Part shown: positions 10,660 to 20,050 of the stretch, in pieces | Numbering within the stretch: the first letter of the stretch is position 1 | Layout: every line of letters begins with the position of its first letter | Program-made: the position numbers and the translations under genes | Assembly (NCBI GenBank): GCA_965248695.1 | Contig: CBDFKD010000002.1 | Span: forward strand, 4,032,001-4,096,000 | DNA: 64,000 nucleotides | Direction of reading: 5' to 3' | Origin: Acidobacteriota bacterium | Lineage (GTDB): Bacteria; Acidobacteriota; UBA890; WLXD01 | Notes under the pieces: generated by a model | The model's database searches: none | The model's input: only the letters and a program-made list of their open reading frames with translations | What the model was told of the DNA's origin: nothing

Positions 10660-12369
10660 ATGAAGACCGCGTCGGCGGCCATCCTCTTCATCGCTGTGGC
10701 CGTGGCTTCGGGCTGCGACCGTGCCGTGGTCCCCGGTGATCCCGGGGCGACGACCCCGGTCTCCGCGTTGGCACCGAACGCGACGGTGCTCGAGGCGCAC
10801 GTCCGTTTTCTCGCCAGCGACCTGCTGCGAGGCCGCCAGCCGGGGACAGCGGGGTTCGACATCGCAGCCGACTACGTCGAGAGCCACTTCCGCCAACTGG
10901 GTCTGAGCCCCGCCGGCGGCGATGGCGGCTACTTGCAATGGGTGCCGTTGCGGATCTCGCAGGCAGACACCGCCGCGGCGAGCATGGAGATCCACGCGGC
11001 CGACGGCCGTCGCGCCCTGGACTCGCTAGAGGACTTCGTCATCGACGCGGAGCCGGCCGCCGCCAGTAGCTCGGTGCGGGCGCCAGTTGTTTTCGCGGGA
11101 TTCGGCATCGAGGCTCCGGACCTCGGCGTCAACGACTACGCCGGGCTAGACGTCGAGGGGAAGGTCGTGCTGACCCTCGTCGGTGCTCCGGGCCGCCTTC
11201 CTACGGACGAGAAGGCCCATCTGCGTCGCGACGCAACCAAGGCGCGAACGGCGGAGACGCACGGCGCCGTGGGTATGCTGCGCGCGCACCTGGTTGGCGA
11301 CGGGCAGGCCGACCCCTTTGCTTTGGCGGCCCGTGGCGCCGAGCGTGGTTCGATGAGTTGGACGACCAGCGACGGCCGCGGGCACGATCCGACCCCAGGG
11401 CTACGAGCCAGAGCCACGGTGAGTCGAGAGACGGCCGCGATGCTATTCGAGGGAGCTGAGCGGTCCTTTGCCGAGGTCAGTGCCGCGTTCGCCGCGATAC
11501 GGGCCGGCGAGCTACCCGCGGCGGAGTCGGCGGGGTGGCTCGGAGGTGGCTTCGCGCTGCCCGCCGAGGTGAGCCTGTCGCAGACGAGCCTGCACAGCGG
11601 CTTCGAGAGCCCCAACGTGGTGGCGCTGCTGGAAGGCAGCGACCCGGAGCTACGGTACGAGCACGTAGTCGTCACCGCTCACCTCGATCACGTCGGCGTC
11701 GGCCGTCCCGACGCCACCGGCGACGACATCTACAACGGCGCCGGAGACAATGCCTCCGGTACGGCGGTGTTGATCGAGGTCGCCCGCGTGCTGGCGGCGC
11801 GACCGCCGCGCAGGTCCGTTCTGTTCGTCGCGGTTACGGCGGAGGAGAGCGGCTTGGTCGGCTCAGACTACTTCGTCCACAATTCCCCGGTGCCGGTCGA
11901 GAGCATCGTCGCCAACGTCAACCTCGACAGCGGCGTGTTTCTCTACGATTTTGCCGACATCATCCCGTTCGGGACGAAGCACTCGTCGCTCGACGCCAAC
12001 GTGCGCAGGGTCGCCGAGCGGCTCGGCCTGAGCGTCGGGACCGATCCTCTGCCGGAGGAGGCCCTGTTCACGCGCTCCGACCACTACCGCTTTGTGCTAC
12101 GGGGAATTCCGTCGGTGTTCTTCATGTGCGGCATGACGGCTCGCGACCCTGACGTCGACGGCATTACCGAGCTGCGCCGCTACGTGGCCGAGCACCTGCA
12201 TCGCCCATCCGACGAAGTCGATCTGGCATGGGACTACGCGGCCGCCGCCCGCTACGCTGCCTTCGTCGCCGAGGTCATCCGCGACGTGGCGGACACCGAC
12301 GCACGACCCACTTGGAACGAAGGTGACCTGTTCTCAAAGTACTTGAATAGACAAAGTTACGTCCGCTAA
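10660..12369 (+). CDS. M28-family peptidase with PA domain, lipoprotein
   Basis: Lipobox ASGC; TAHLDH, GAGDNASG, AEESG, NLD and RSDH motifs. Confidence 0.9.
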   Translation: MKTASAAILFIAVAVASGCDRAVVPGDPGATTPVSALAPNATVLEAHVRFLASDLLRGRQPGTAGFDIAADYVESHFRQLGLSPAGGDGGYLQWVPLRISQADTAAASMEIHAADGRRALDSLEDFVIDAEPAAASSSVRAPVVFAGFGIEAPDLGVNDYAGLDVEGKVVLTLVGAPGRLPTDEKAHLRRDATKARTAETHGAVGMLRAHLVGDGQADPFALAARGAERGSMSWTTSDGRGHDPTPGLRARATVSRETAAMLFEGAERSFAEVSAAFAAIRAGELPAAESAGWLGGGFALPAEVSLSQTSLHSGFESPNVVALLEGSDPELRYEHVVVTAHLDHVGVGRPDATGDDIYNGAGDNASGTAVLIEVARVLAARPPRRSVLFVAVTAEESGLVGSDYFVHNSPVPVESIVANVNLDSGVFLYDFADIIPFGTKHSSLDANVRRVAERLGLSVGTDPLPEEALFTRSDHYRFVLRGIPSVFFMCGMTARDPDVDGITELRRYVAEHLHRPSDEVDLAWDYAAAARYAAFVAEVIRDVADTDARPTWNEGDLFSKYLNRQSYVR

Positions 12370-12487
12370 GCTGTTGCGGACGTGAAGAACAGGCTGCACT
12401 TCCGGGTCATCGGGTGGCGACGGTCCACCCTGAGCCGTCGCCGCCCCGGATCAGGATCGAACGCGCACCCAGGAGTTTCCCGAGCCC

Positions 12488-12817
12488 ATGCTAGAAGCCC
12501 TTGAGTCCCTACAAGATCGACTGGCTCCCGCAGAAGCGATCTTCTTCACCTGGCTGACACGGGTCTTCGCCGCCGCCACGCTCGTCGGCTCCGCCTGGAT
12601 CGACGACGCGCCGCCTCTCGGTATCGTGGCGATGGTGATCGCGCTCTATGTAGGCGCTCGCGTCGCTACGCAGTTCGGCGCCCTCGTATCTGCGGCTCCC
12701 TTCCAGAACCGAGTACTGAAGACGATCTTCGCTCTTGGCTCCGTGGCTTTGCTCGTTGGCGCATTCGCTATCGTCGCCATCTTCGTCGAACGTGTGGCCA
12801 TGTTCGTGGTCGGCTGA
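12488..12817 (+). CDS. Small membrane protein (about 3 TM helices)
   Basis: Hydrophobic 109-aa ORF with AGGAG RBS. Confidence 0.6.
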   Translation: MLEALESLQDRLAPAEAIFFTWLTRVFAAATLVGSAWIDDAPPLGIVAMVIALYVGARVATQFGALVSAAPFQNRVLKTIFALGSVALLVGAFAIVAIFVERVAMFVVG

Positions 12818-12888
12818 GGATCGAAGCAGCGCAACGCAAACTGAGCTGACGAGGCGCTACCCGGCGGTCTCGGCCGGACGCGCTCCAC

Positions 12889-14607
12889 TCAGGCATCCGC
12901 CGCAAGGAGGCGTCGCCTGATCTCGGCACGGCGAGTCTTGCCGCTCGAAGTGGCGGGTAGGGAGGTGACGAACTCGACACGTCGAGGGCGCGCGTGTGCC
13001 GCCAGCCGCGTCTTGACGAAGTCCTGCAGTTCGGCGGCCAGCTCGTCATTCGCGTCGAAGCCCGGCTTGAGCCGCACGCACGCGGCCACAATCTCGCCGC
13101 GTTGCGGATCCGGCAAGCCCACCACACCGGCCTCCATGACCGCTTCATGGGCCAGCAGAGTTCCCTCGACCTCCTCGGGTCCGAGGCGATAGCCGCTCGC
13201 CATGATCATGTCGTCGAGGCGGCCTTGAAAGACCAGAAAGCCGTCTGCATCGATGAAACCGGCATCACCGGTGCGCAGCCAGCCGTCGCCGAGCTTCTCT
13301 GCGGTCGCCTCCGGCAGATTCCAGTACTCGAGCATGACGATCGGGTCGTCACAGTGCACGGCGATCTCGCCGGAAACGCCGGGCGCGACCTCCCTGTTGT
13401 CATCGTCGACGATTCGGACACGACGTCCGACAACTCGCTTGCCGATGGCACCATCCGGCGTCTCGAACAGGGCACTGCACCCGGTGGCGATGTGATTGGC
13501 TTCGGTCTGACCGTAGATATCGTTCACGGTGGCCCCAAAGACTCTGTGGGTCCATTCCAGAACCTCGGGAGGAGAGACCTCACCGCCGGTCATCACCGAT
13601 CGGAGAGCGAAGCGAGCCGCCCGTGCCGGGGGTTCGGCGCGCATACGTCGCAGCGCCGCAGGAGCGAGGAACGGACAGGTCACCTGGTGATCGGACAGGA
13701 TCCTGTATGCCCCCTGGATGGAGAATCGCTCCACACTGGCAACGACAGGGCACCCGAAGTAAAGCGCCGGCAGGACCACCTCGGCCAGCGACGCCACCCA
13801 CGACCAGACCGACGGAGTCCAGAAGACGTCCCCCGGGGCCGGCGCGAGGTCGAAGACCATCTGGAAGCCCGGCAGGTGGCCGATGAGGACTCGGTGCCCA
13901 TGCAGTACCCCCTTGGCGGACCCCGAGGTGCCGGAGGTGTAGAAGAGGATCGCGGGGTCGTCGGGCTCGCTGGCCTGGCATCGGAGCTCGCCGACGTCTT
14001 CGGCCGGCGCGCTGAGCTCGGCGAAGGGCAGGGCGCCCCGAACCGTCGCGAACGAGCTCGAGTCGAGCTCCAGCTTCGCGTCGGCGCGACTCATCGCAAC
14101 GGCGACGTGCTCGAGAGCGGGTAGTCGTTCCGATCTGTCCACGCCCTCCATCGCGTCGAGCTTGGCGGCCCCGGCGAGGTCGGTTACCAGGACACGGGCG
14201 CCACAGTCGTCGAGTCGGTGGGCCAAGCCCTCCGTCCCGTAGAGCGACGCGATCGGAACCGAGATCGCCCCGATCATGAAGCAGGCAAGGTGAACCGCCA
14301 GCGTGTCTGCGCCTTGCTCCAGCGTGATCGCGACGCGATCGCCGACACCGATGCCGCGTCGCTGCAATCCGACCGCCAAGCGGGCCGATAGGACCTCGAG
14401 CTCCCCGAAGCTGACGATACGGTGGCCGTTCTCGGGATCGTCCTCTATTACGGCCGGCGACTGCGGGGTCGAGCGAGCATGGCGACCACACACCGCTTCG
14501 GCGATGTTGAAGCGCTGTGGGATACGCCATCGGAACTGGTGCGCCAGCGCCTCGTACGACTGCGTGTGTCTGTGTATCTCGGTGGGACAGTCGGCCATGA
14601 GGTGCAT
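12889..14607 (-). CDS. Acyl-CoA synthetase (AMP-binding)
   Basis: YTSGTSGSAKG, YGQTE, TGD and SGK motifs. Confidence 0.9.
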   Translation of the reverse strand: MHLMADCPTEIHRHTQSYEALAHQFRWRIPQRFNIAEAVCGRHARSTPQSPAVIEDDPENGHRIVSFGELEVLSARLAVGLQRRGIGVGDRVAITLEQGADTLAVHLACFMIGAISVPIASLYGTEGLAHRLDDCGARVLVTDLAGAAKLDAMEGVDRSERLPALEHVAVAMSRADAKLELDSSSFATVRGALPFAELSAPAEDVGELRCQASEPDDPAILFYTSGTSGSAKGVLHGHRVLIGHLPGFQMVFDLAPAPGDVFWTPSVWSWVASLAEVVLPALYFGCPVVASVERFSIQGAYRILSDHQVTCPFLAPAALRRMRAEPPARAARFALRSVMTGGEVSPPEVLEWTHRVFGATVNDIYGQTEANHIATGCSALFETPDGAIGKRVVGRRVRIVDDDNREVAPGVSGEIAVHCDDPIVMLEYWNLPEATAEKLGDGWLRTGDAGFIDADGFLVFQGRLDDMIMASGYRLGPEEVEGTLLAHEAVMEAGVVGLPDPQRGEIVAACVRLKPGFDANDELAAELQDFVKTRLAAHARPRRVEFVTSLPATSSGKTRRAEIRRRLLAADA

Positions 14608-14658
14608 TCGGGTACCAGGACGGGCGCGGTGTAGCCCTTATCGGCGCATCCGGTTCGC

Positions 14659-15813
14659 TCAGTTGGACGGAGCGAGGATCTCTCTCAGGCGATCAGCGAC
14701 AACCAGCTCCTGTCCGTCAAGCATCACGTCGACGGCCACGACGAGATTGTCGTGGTGAATCATCGTTGCGATGCTCGGCTCACCGCGCAGCAGCTCGTTG
14801 TTTACCGCGTGAGCCGTGGTCCCCGCCTCGCTATCGAAGGTCAAGGTGACACAGTTCACCGGTTGTTCAAGCACGGTTTCCTCCATCGTGAAATAGCCTG
14901 GCTGCGCCGTGACTCCCTTGATCTGCCCGAACCGAGCCCGTTCGAGGAGCCGATCCACCCTCTGCGCGTAGCCCGCCCAACGTTGTGCCGGATCGATCGC
15001 CAACCACTCTTGCAGCGCCACGACCACGCCGACGATGATCTGTCGGTCCAGCTTGAAGGGTCGCCCGAAGGTTCGGTAGTCACCCGATTCGTAGCCCGTA
15101 AAGTCGAGACCGGCCACGGCGTTGATCAGGTCCTTGCGTCCGCAGATGAAGCCGCCAGCGTTGGGGCCGCCGAAGTACTTGGCGCTGAAACAGACCAGGT
15201 CGGCGCCCGCGGCACTGAAGCTGCGCATCGTCTCGGCCGAGTCGATCATGTAGGCGGCGTCGACCAGCGTCGGAACACCATGCCTGCGGCTGAGCTCTGC
15301 CACCTCGGTCAGCGGCAGCGTTCCCGCCTGTCCCTCCAGATGTGCCGGGAACACCACCACGGCCGCGCGGCGGTCCAACGCGGCTTCCAACTGCGCGGCA
15401 GTCGTTTCATGCTCGTTGCCAACCTGGCGCAGCGTCGCGCCCGTCATTCGGGCACAGCGATCGTACATGTAATGGTGAGCCCGCTGGATGACGATCCGAT
15501 CGGGGATGCCTGTGGTGTCCGGCAGCTGCTCCCATTTGTGCCCGTCCATGCCGGTCATGCAGGCTGCGGTCCCCAGGGTGATCGCAGCGGAGGCTCCCGA
15601 AGTGACACGTGCCGCCTCGGCGCCGACGATCTCGGCCAGCGTCTCGCCGGATCGGTCGAGCAGCTCGGCCAGGCTGACGAAGGATCGGTTGCTCTCCTCC
15701 ATCGCCGCCCACACCGTTGGCGAGAGTATGGAGCCGCCGAGCCCCGTATAGACCCCGCATGCGTTGATGACGGGCGTGACCCCTAGCCTCTCGTACAGTT
15801 GATTCTGGTCCAT
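14659..15813 (-). CDS. SelA/DgaE-like PLP-dependent enzyme
   Basis: LGVTPVINACG, DAA and FSAKYFGGP (PLP Lys); short SelA-like form. Confidence 0.8.
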   Translation of the reverse strand: MDQNQLYERLGVTPVINACGVYTGLGGSILSPTVWAAMEESNRSFVSLAELLDRSGETLAEIVGAEAARVTSGASAAITLGTAACMTGMDGHKWEQLPDTTGIPDRIVIQRAHHYMYDRCARMTGATLRQVGNEHETTAAQLEAALDRRAAVVVFPAHLEGQAGTLPLTEVAELSRRHGVPTLVDAAYMIDSAETMRSFSAAGADLVCFSAKYFGGPNAGGFICGRKDLINAVAGLDFTGYESGDYRTFGRPFKLDRQIIVGVVVALQEWLAIDPAQRWAGYAQRVDRLLERARFGQIKGVTAQPGYFTMEETVLEQPVNCVTLTFDSEAGTTAHAVNNELLRGEPSIATMIHHDNLVVAVDVMLDGQELVVADRLREILAPSN

Positions 15814-15834
15814 CCGTTCCGAGCCTCTCTTCTA

Positions 15835-16971
15835 CTACGCGGTTACCTGGTCGATGATCGTCAAGGCTCGCTGAATATCCTCTTCGCCGTTGAAGAGATG
15901 AGGCGAGAACCGAACAAAGTCGTTGCGCGGCGACGACAGTACATTGCTCGCCTTCAAGCGTTGTGCGATCTCTGCGTTGTCGCCGTCGAAGCGAGCCGCG
16001 ACGATCGCGCTCCGCTCGGCAATCGACTGCGGCGAGACGATCTGAATGCCACGTTCCAGGAGTCCGTTCCTGAACATCGAAGTAGTCTCTCGATTGTGCT
16101 CAGCGATCTTGTCTATCGACACATCCAGCAGATACGCGAGTGATTCACACGCCGCGATGGCAGCCCCGTAGGACATGGTGCTGAACTCGAAGCGGCTCGC
16201 CGAGGGCGGATACTCGAGTCGATCTGCCTGGAAATCCCACATGTCGCTGTGGCTGCGCCATCCGACGATTCCCGGATCGAGCGTCTGCAGAGCCGGCGCC
16301 ACATACATCACGGCCGCACCGAAGGGCCCGCATAGCCACTTGTAGGTGGAACAGGCCGCCGCGTCGATGCCCATCGCCTGGACATCAATGGGTATCTGGC
16401 CGGCGGACTGGGTTGCGTCGACGATCAGCAGCGCGCCGTGTTCGTGCGTCGTCGTGGCGATTCTCTGCAGGTCGTATCGCTGGCCGGCGCCGTACTCGAC
16501 GTGCGACAGGCATACCACGGCGACATCGTCGTCGATCTCAGCCAGTATCTCTTCGGTGCGGACGTATTGATCCTCCGCGGCTACCCAGCGCATGGCAGCA
16601 CCCGTGTGCGCGGCGACTCGTACCCAGGGGTAGATCGTGCTCGGATGGCATATGCGAGTGGCGACGATGCTCGTACCTTCTTCCGGGGCCAGGGCCCAGG
16701 CCAGAGAGCTCATCAGGATGGTCTCGCTAGACCCGATCGCGATGTCCTCGGGCCGGCCGTTGAACAGCCTGGCAGCCTGCCGATGGAAGTTGCTGAAGAC
16801 GTTCTCCTCGTCCGACTCATCGAACGATCCGGTGCCTTCCTCGGCGAGTCGCCGCTGCCAATCGATTGCAGAATCCGCTGCTCCCCGATGCATCAGCGAG
16901 ATCGAGGCCGAGTCCAGGTACGTGCTCGCCGCGGCGGCGGGGAATACGTCGGTTCCTGCGAGCGGCCTCAT
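15835..16971 (-). CDS. Class V aminotransferase-fold PLP enzyme
   Basis: YLDSAS, DATQSAG, YKWLCGP and RFSPHLFN motifs. Confidence 0.88.
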   Translation of the reverse strand: MRPLAGTDVFPAAAASTYLDSASISLMHRGAADSAIDWQRRLAEEGTGSFDESDEENVFSNFHRQAARLFNGRPEDIAIGSSETILMSSLAWALAPEEGTSIVATRICHPSTIYPWVRVAAHTGAAMRWVAAEDQYVRTEEILAEIDDDVAVVCLSHVEYGAGQRYDLQRIATTTHEHGALLIVDATQSAGQIPIDVQAMGIDAAACSTYKWLCGPFGAAVMYVAPALQTLDPGIVGWRSHSDMWDFQADRLEYPPSASRFEFSTMSYGAAIAACESLAYLLDVSIDKIAEHNRETTSMFRNGLLERGIQIVSPQSIAERSAIVAARFDGDNAEIAQRLKASNVLSSPRNDFVRFSPHLFNGEEDIQRALTIIDQVTA

Positions 16972-19793
16972 GAGCTCCTCGGCGGGTGCGCCGCGGGCTC
17001 CTTACTGCCAGTGAGAAGCCCCACCAACTCGTAGGCAAGCTCGCTGGGCAGGTCCGAGTATGTATTCGTGAACAGGACCATGCCGATGCCGTCGTCGGGC
17101 ATGAACAACACCTCGGCGATCGTGCCTGTCGAGCCACCACCATGATGAACGACTCGCTTGCCGTGATACGTGTCCAGGAACCAGCCCAGCCCATAGGTCT
17201 GGAACGTGTCGGTTCGGTCTGGTCGGTCGGTGACCATGTGGGGCGCAATCAGGCGCTCGAAGCCCGGTTCCGAGAGCAGTTCCTCGCCCGAATGCCTGCC
17301 GCGGCTCAGGTTGAAGAGCACCCAGGTGAGCATGTCGTCGAGACTCGACGCCAACGTTCCGGCGGGCCTGATAGCTGCCCCTTCGAACTGGAAGTCGATT
17401 CGTCGGACCGAGCCATCCTCCATTTCGTGAGGCATGGCGATGTTGTTGGCGAACGGTGGATCGTCTTCTGACAGGTCGGTGAACTCGGTTCTCGTCATGC
17501 CGAGAGGCGTCAGGATTCGATCATGTATGAGGCCTTCATAGGTGCTGTTGGTGACCTGACCCGCGACGTACCCGGCCGCCATGAACATGGCGTTGTTGTA
17601 CTGGAATCGCTCCCTGAAACCGACGCTTAGGTCGGCGGTCCGGATGCTGCCGACCAGGTCCTTTCGCGACAGCGTGCTTCCCATCCACCTGACGGAGCTC
17701 TCCGGAACGCCGGTGCGATGGGTGACGAGATCTTCCACCGTGATGTGTTCCGACACGTACTCGTCATCGTGGACGCCGAAGGTCGGCACGTAGGTGCGCA
17801 CCGGAGCACGCCAGTCGACCAGGCCATCGTCGACGAGCATGGCTAAGGCGGTCGTCGTGAAGGCCTTGGTGGTAGAGCCGATCAGGAAGATGGTCTGGGA
17901 GTCGATCGGAAGACCCGTGTTCGTGTCCCTTGTTCCGAAGCCCTCGGACAAGATCACTTCGCCGTCGCGCACGATCCCGACACCCAATCCGGGCACTCCG
18001 GCCTCTGCCACTCTCCGCTCGATCGTCTCCCGGATCGATCCGAGCTGGTTTTCGAGCGCCGAAGACGTCTTCGCCGGATCCGGCTGGCGCGGCGTATAGC
18101 CGGGACCTCGCACGACCATGCCCGGTCGAGCGTCGGAAACCTCGCCGTGGTGTAGAACCACCTCTCCGTTGACGACGACAGTATGGATCCCGGTCGAAAT
18201 CTGATGTGGGTCAACATAGGTCGCGCGATCGATGACGGTGGCGGGATCGAAGATCACCACGTCGGCGTAGAAGCCCTCCCTGAGGAGCCCGCGGTCACCT
18301 ATCTGGAGGATCTGTGCGGGGAAGGAAGTAGCGCGCCTCACCGCCTCCTCTAAACGCACTAAGCCAAGCTCACGCACGTACTTGCCGAGGATCTTGGGGA
18401 ACGAGCCGTAGCTGCGCGGATGCGTGAGCCCACCGGACAGCGGCCCATCAGGGGCGATCGTTCCCCCGTCCGTGCCGAACGCCACCCAGGGTTGTTGGAT
18501 CGCCAGTTGAATGTCGTGCTCGTTGTTGATGTACGACGTGAATCCGGGGTCGTCCTCGAGAACGAGATCCATGACGGTATCGCGAGGGTCCTGGTTCTTG
18601 GCCCGCGCTATCGCATCCAACGTCATGCCTTGATAGGGGTCCAGGTTCGGGTTGCCAGCCCCGCCGACGAGGGTGATCCCTCTGGGGCCGCCGCCTGCCC
18701 CCATGTACTCGTTCTCCCACTCGTCGGTCTGCGTGGCCAGGTCTCGTCGGATCCGTTCGCGGACATCGTCGTCGTTGAGCCGGCGCACGACCTCCTCCCT
18801 ACCGCCTTCCAGTGCCCAAGGTGGTAGGAGCGCGGAGAAGCTCGCCGCGCCTTGCTCGTACGGATACATGTCCGCGGTGATCTGTAGTCCTTCCGCTCGA
18901 GCGTCTTCCACGCGCTGAACGATCTCGGACATGCGACCCCAGTTCTGCTCGTAGGCGATCTTCAGATGCGTAATGTGCGCCGGAAGCCTTGCCTCACGGG
19001 CGATGCGGAAAACCTCATCGAGGGACGCCCGGAAAGCATTGCCCTCGCTTCGGGGGTGCGTCTGATAAAGCCCGCCGTAGGCGGAAGCGACCCTGGCCAT
19101 CTCGATGAGCTCGCTCGTCCGGTTGTACCGGTCCGGGGAGTACATCAGCGCCGAGTACACACCGAGGGCCCCGTCTCGCATCGCCTGGTCGACGATCTCG
19201 CGCATCTGCTCGAGCTCTTCGGGAGTCGCGAGCCGGTTATCGTGCCCGACCGTCATCACGCGGACATTCTCGGTGCCGAGGTAGGTGGCGAAGTTGATCG
19301 TCGCCGGGTTCGCTTCCAGGTGCTGGAAGAATTCATCGAGCGAGCGCCACCGGTGGTCGACACCGTAGCGAGCAAGCCTGGCCTCGTAGCGGGTCGCCAT
19401 GGCGTCGTTCAGCGGTGCTACCGAACCTCCCTCTCCCTCGATTTCCAGGGTGATTCCCTGCGTGATCTTGCTGACCGCGCGTGGATCGATGAAGGTATTG
19501 GTTCCGGGATGGGCGTGCATATCGATGAAGCCGGGCGAAACGGCATGCCCCTGCGCGTCGATACGGCGTGCTGCCAATGCCTGGGAAAGGTCGCCAACGG
19601 CAGCGATCTTCTTGCCGCGGATCCCGATGTCGGCCCAGAACCATGGGTTCCCGGTACCGTCGATGAGGCGCCCGCCGTGGATGATCAGATCGAAAGGGTC
19701 CTGTGCCGCGTGGGTGGCTGCTTGAGAGATCGGGAACCCGACAAGCAGAGCCGCGGTAAGAAAGAGGGACAGTGGCAGCGTAGTCCTAGACAT
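16968..19793 (-). CDS. Exported N-acyl-D-amino-acid deacylase fused to a beta-lactamase-fold serine hydrolase
   Basis: PGFIDMHAH and HPRSYGSFP; C-terminal GSTTK, YNN and HHGG. Confidence 0.88.
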   Translation of the reverse strand: MSRTTLPLSLFLTAALLVGFPISQAATHAAQDPFDLIIHGGRLIDGTGNPWFWADIGIRGKKIAAVGDLSQALAARRIDAQGHAVSPGFIDMHAHPGTNTFIDPRAVSKITQGITLEIEGEGGSVAPLNDAMATRYEARLARYGVDHRWRSLDEFFQHLEANPATINFATYLGTENVRVMTVGHDNRLATPEELEQMREIVDQAMRDGALGVYSALMYSPDRYNRTSELIEMARVASAYGGLYQTHPRSEGNAFRASLDEVFRIAREARLPAHITHLKIAYEQNWGRMSEIVQRVEDARAEGLQITADMYPYEQGAASFSALLPPWALEGGREEVVRRLNDDDVRERIRRDLATQTDEWENEYMGAGGGPRGITLVGGAGNPNLDPYQGMTLDAIARAKNQDPRDTVMDLVLEDDPGFTSYINNEHDIQLAIQQPWVAFGTDGGTIAPDGPLSGGLTHPRSYGSFPKILGKYVRELGLVRLEEAVRRATSFPAQILQIGDRGLLREGFYADVVIFDPATVIDRATYVDPHQISTGIHTVVVNGEVVLHHGEVSDARPGMVVRGPGYTPRQPDPAKTSSALENQLGSIRETIERRVAEAGVPGLGVGIVRDGEVILSEGFGTRDTNTGLPIDSQTIFLIGSTTKAFTTTALAMLVDDGLVDWRAPVRTYVPTFGVHDDEYVSEHITVEDLVTHRTGVPESSVRWMGSTLSRKDLVGSIRTADLSVGFRERFQYNNAMFMAAGYVAGQVTNSTYEGLIHDRILTPLGMTRTEFTDLSEDDPPFANNIAMPHEMEDGSVRRIDFQFEGAAIRPAGTLASSLDDMLTWVLFNLSRGRHSGEELLSEPGFERLIAPHMVTDRPDRTDTFQTYGLGWFLDTYHGKRVVHHGGGSTGTIAEVLFMPDDGIGMVLFTNTYSDLPSELAYELVGLLTGSKEPAAHPPRSS

Positions 19794-19797
19794 CTAG

Positions 19798-19978
19798 CAG
19801 GCCGTGGTGAAAGTTTGGTGGGTCTGGTTACGCCGTAACCCTTCGGGCGACAGGGGGTTGCGCGCGGATGCTGCGTCGTTTGTCGTCAACGATGGGGTAA
19901 CCATCGCCTCCTCCTCTCTCCTGGCCTGCGCCTCGCAAGACCCTGTCGCCAGACCCACCACACTTTTACCATGGCCTG
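19798..19978. mobile_element. 181-bp MITE with 30-bp TIRs and CTAG target duplication
   Basis: TIRs 19798-19827 and 19949-19978 match at 27/30; CTAG at 19794-19797 and 19979-19982; inner IR GGCGACAGGG/CCCTGTCGCC; no transposase. Confidence 0.85.
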
Positions 19979-20050
19979 CTAGCGATCCTCCCACCGTCGT
20001 TGTTGCTCCGGCGTGTGGAATGGCAAACGTGATACCCGGGTTGAGACGGC

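Noticed and set aside
14659-15813. Selenocysteine synthase selA
   Set aside because: Short SelA-like form with no selB, selC or selD in the window, in a catabolic context.
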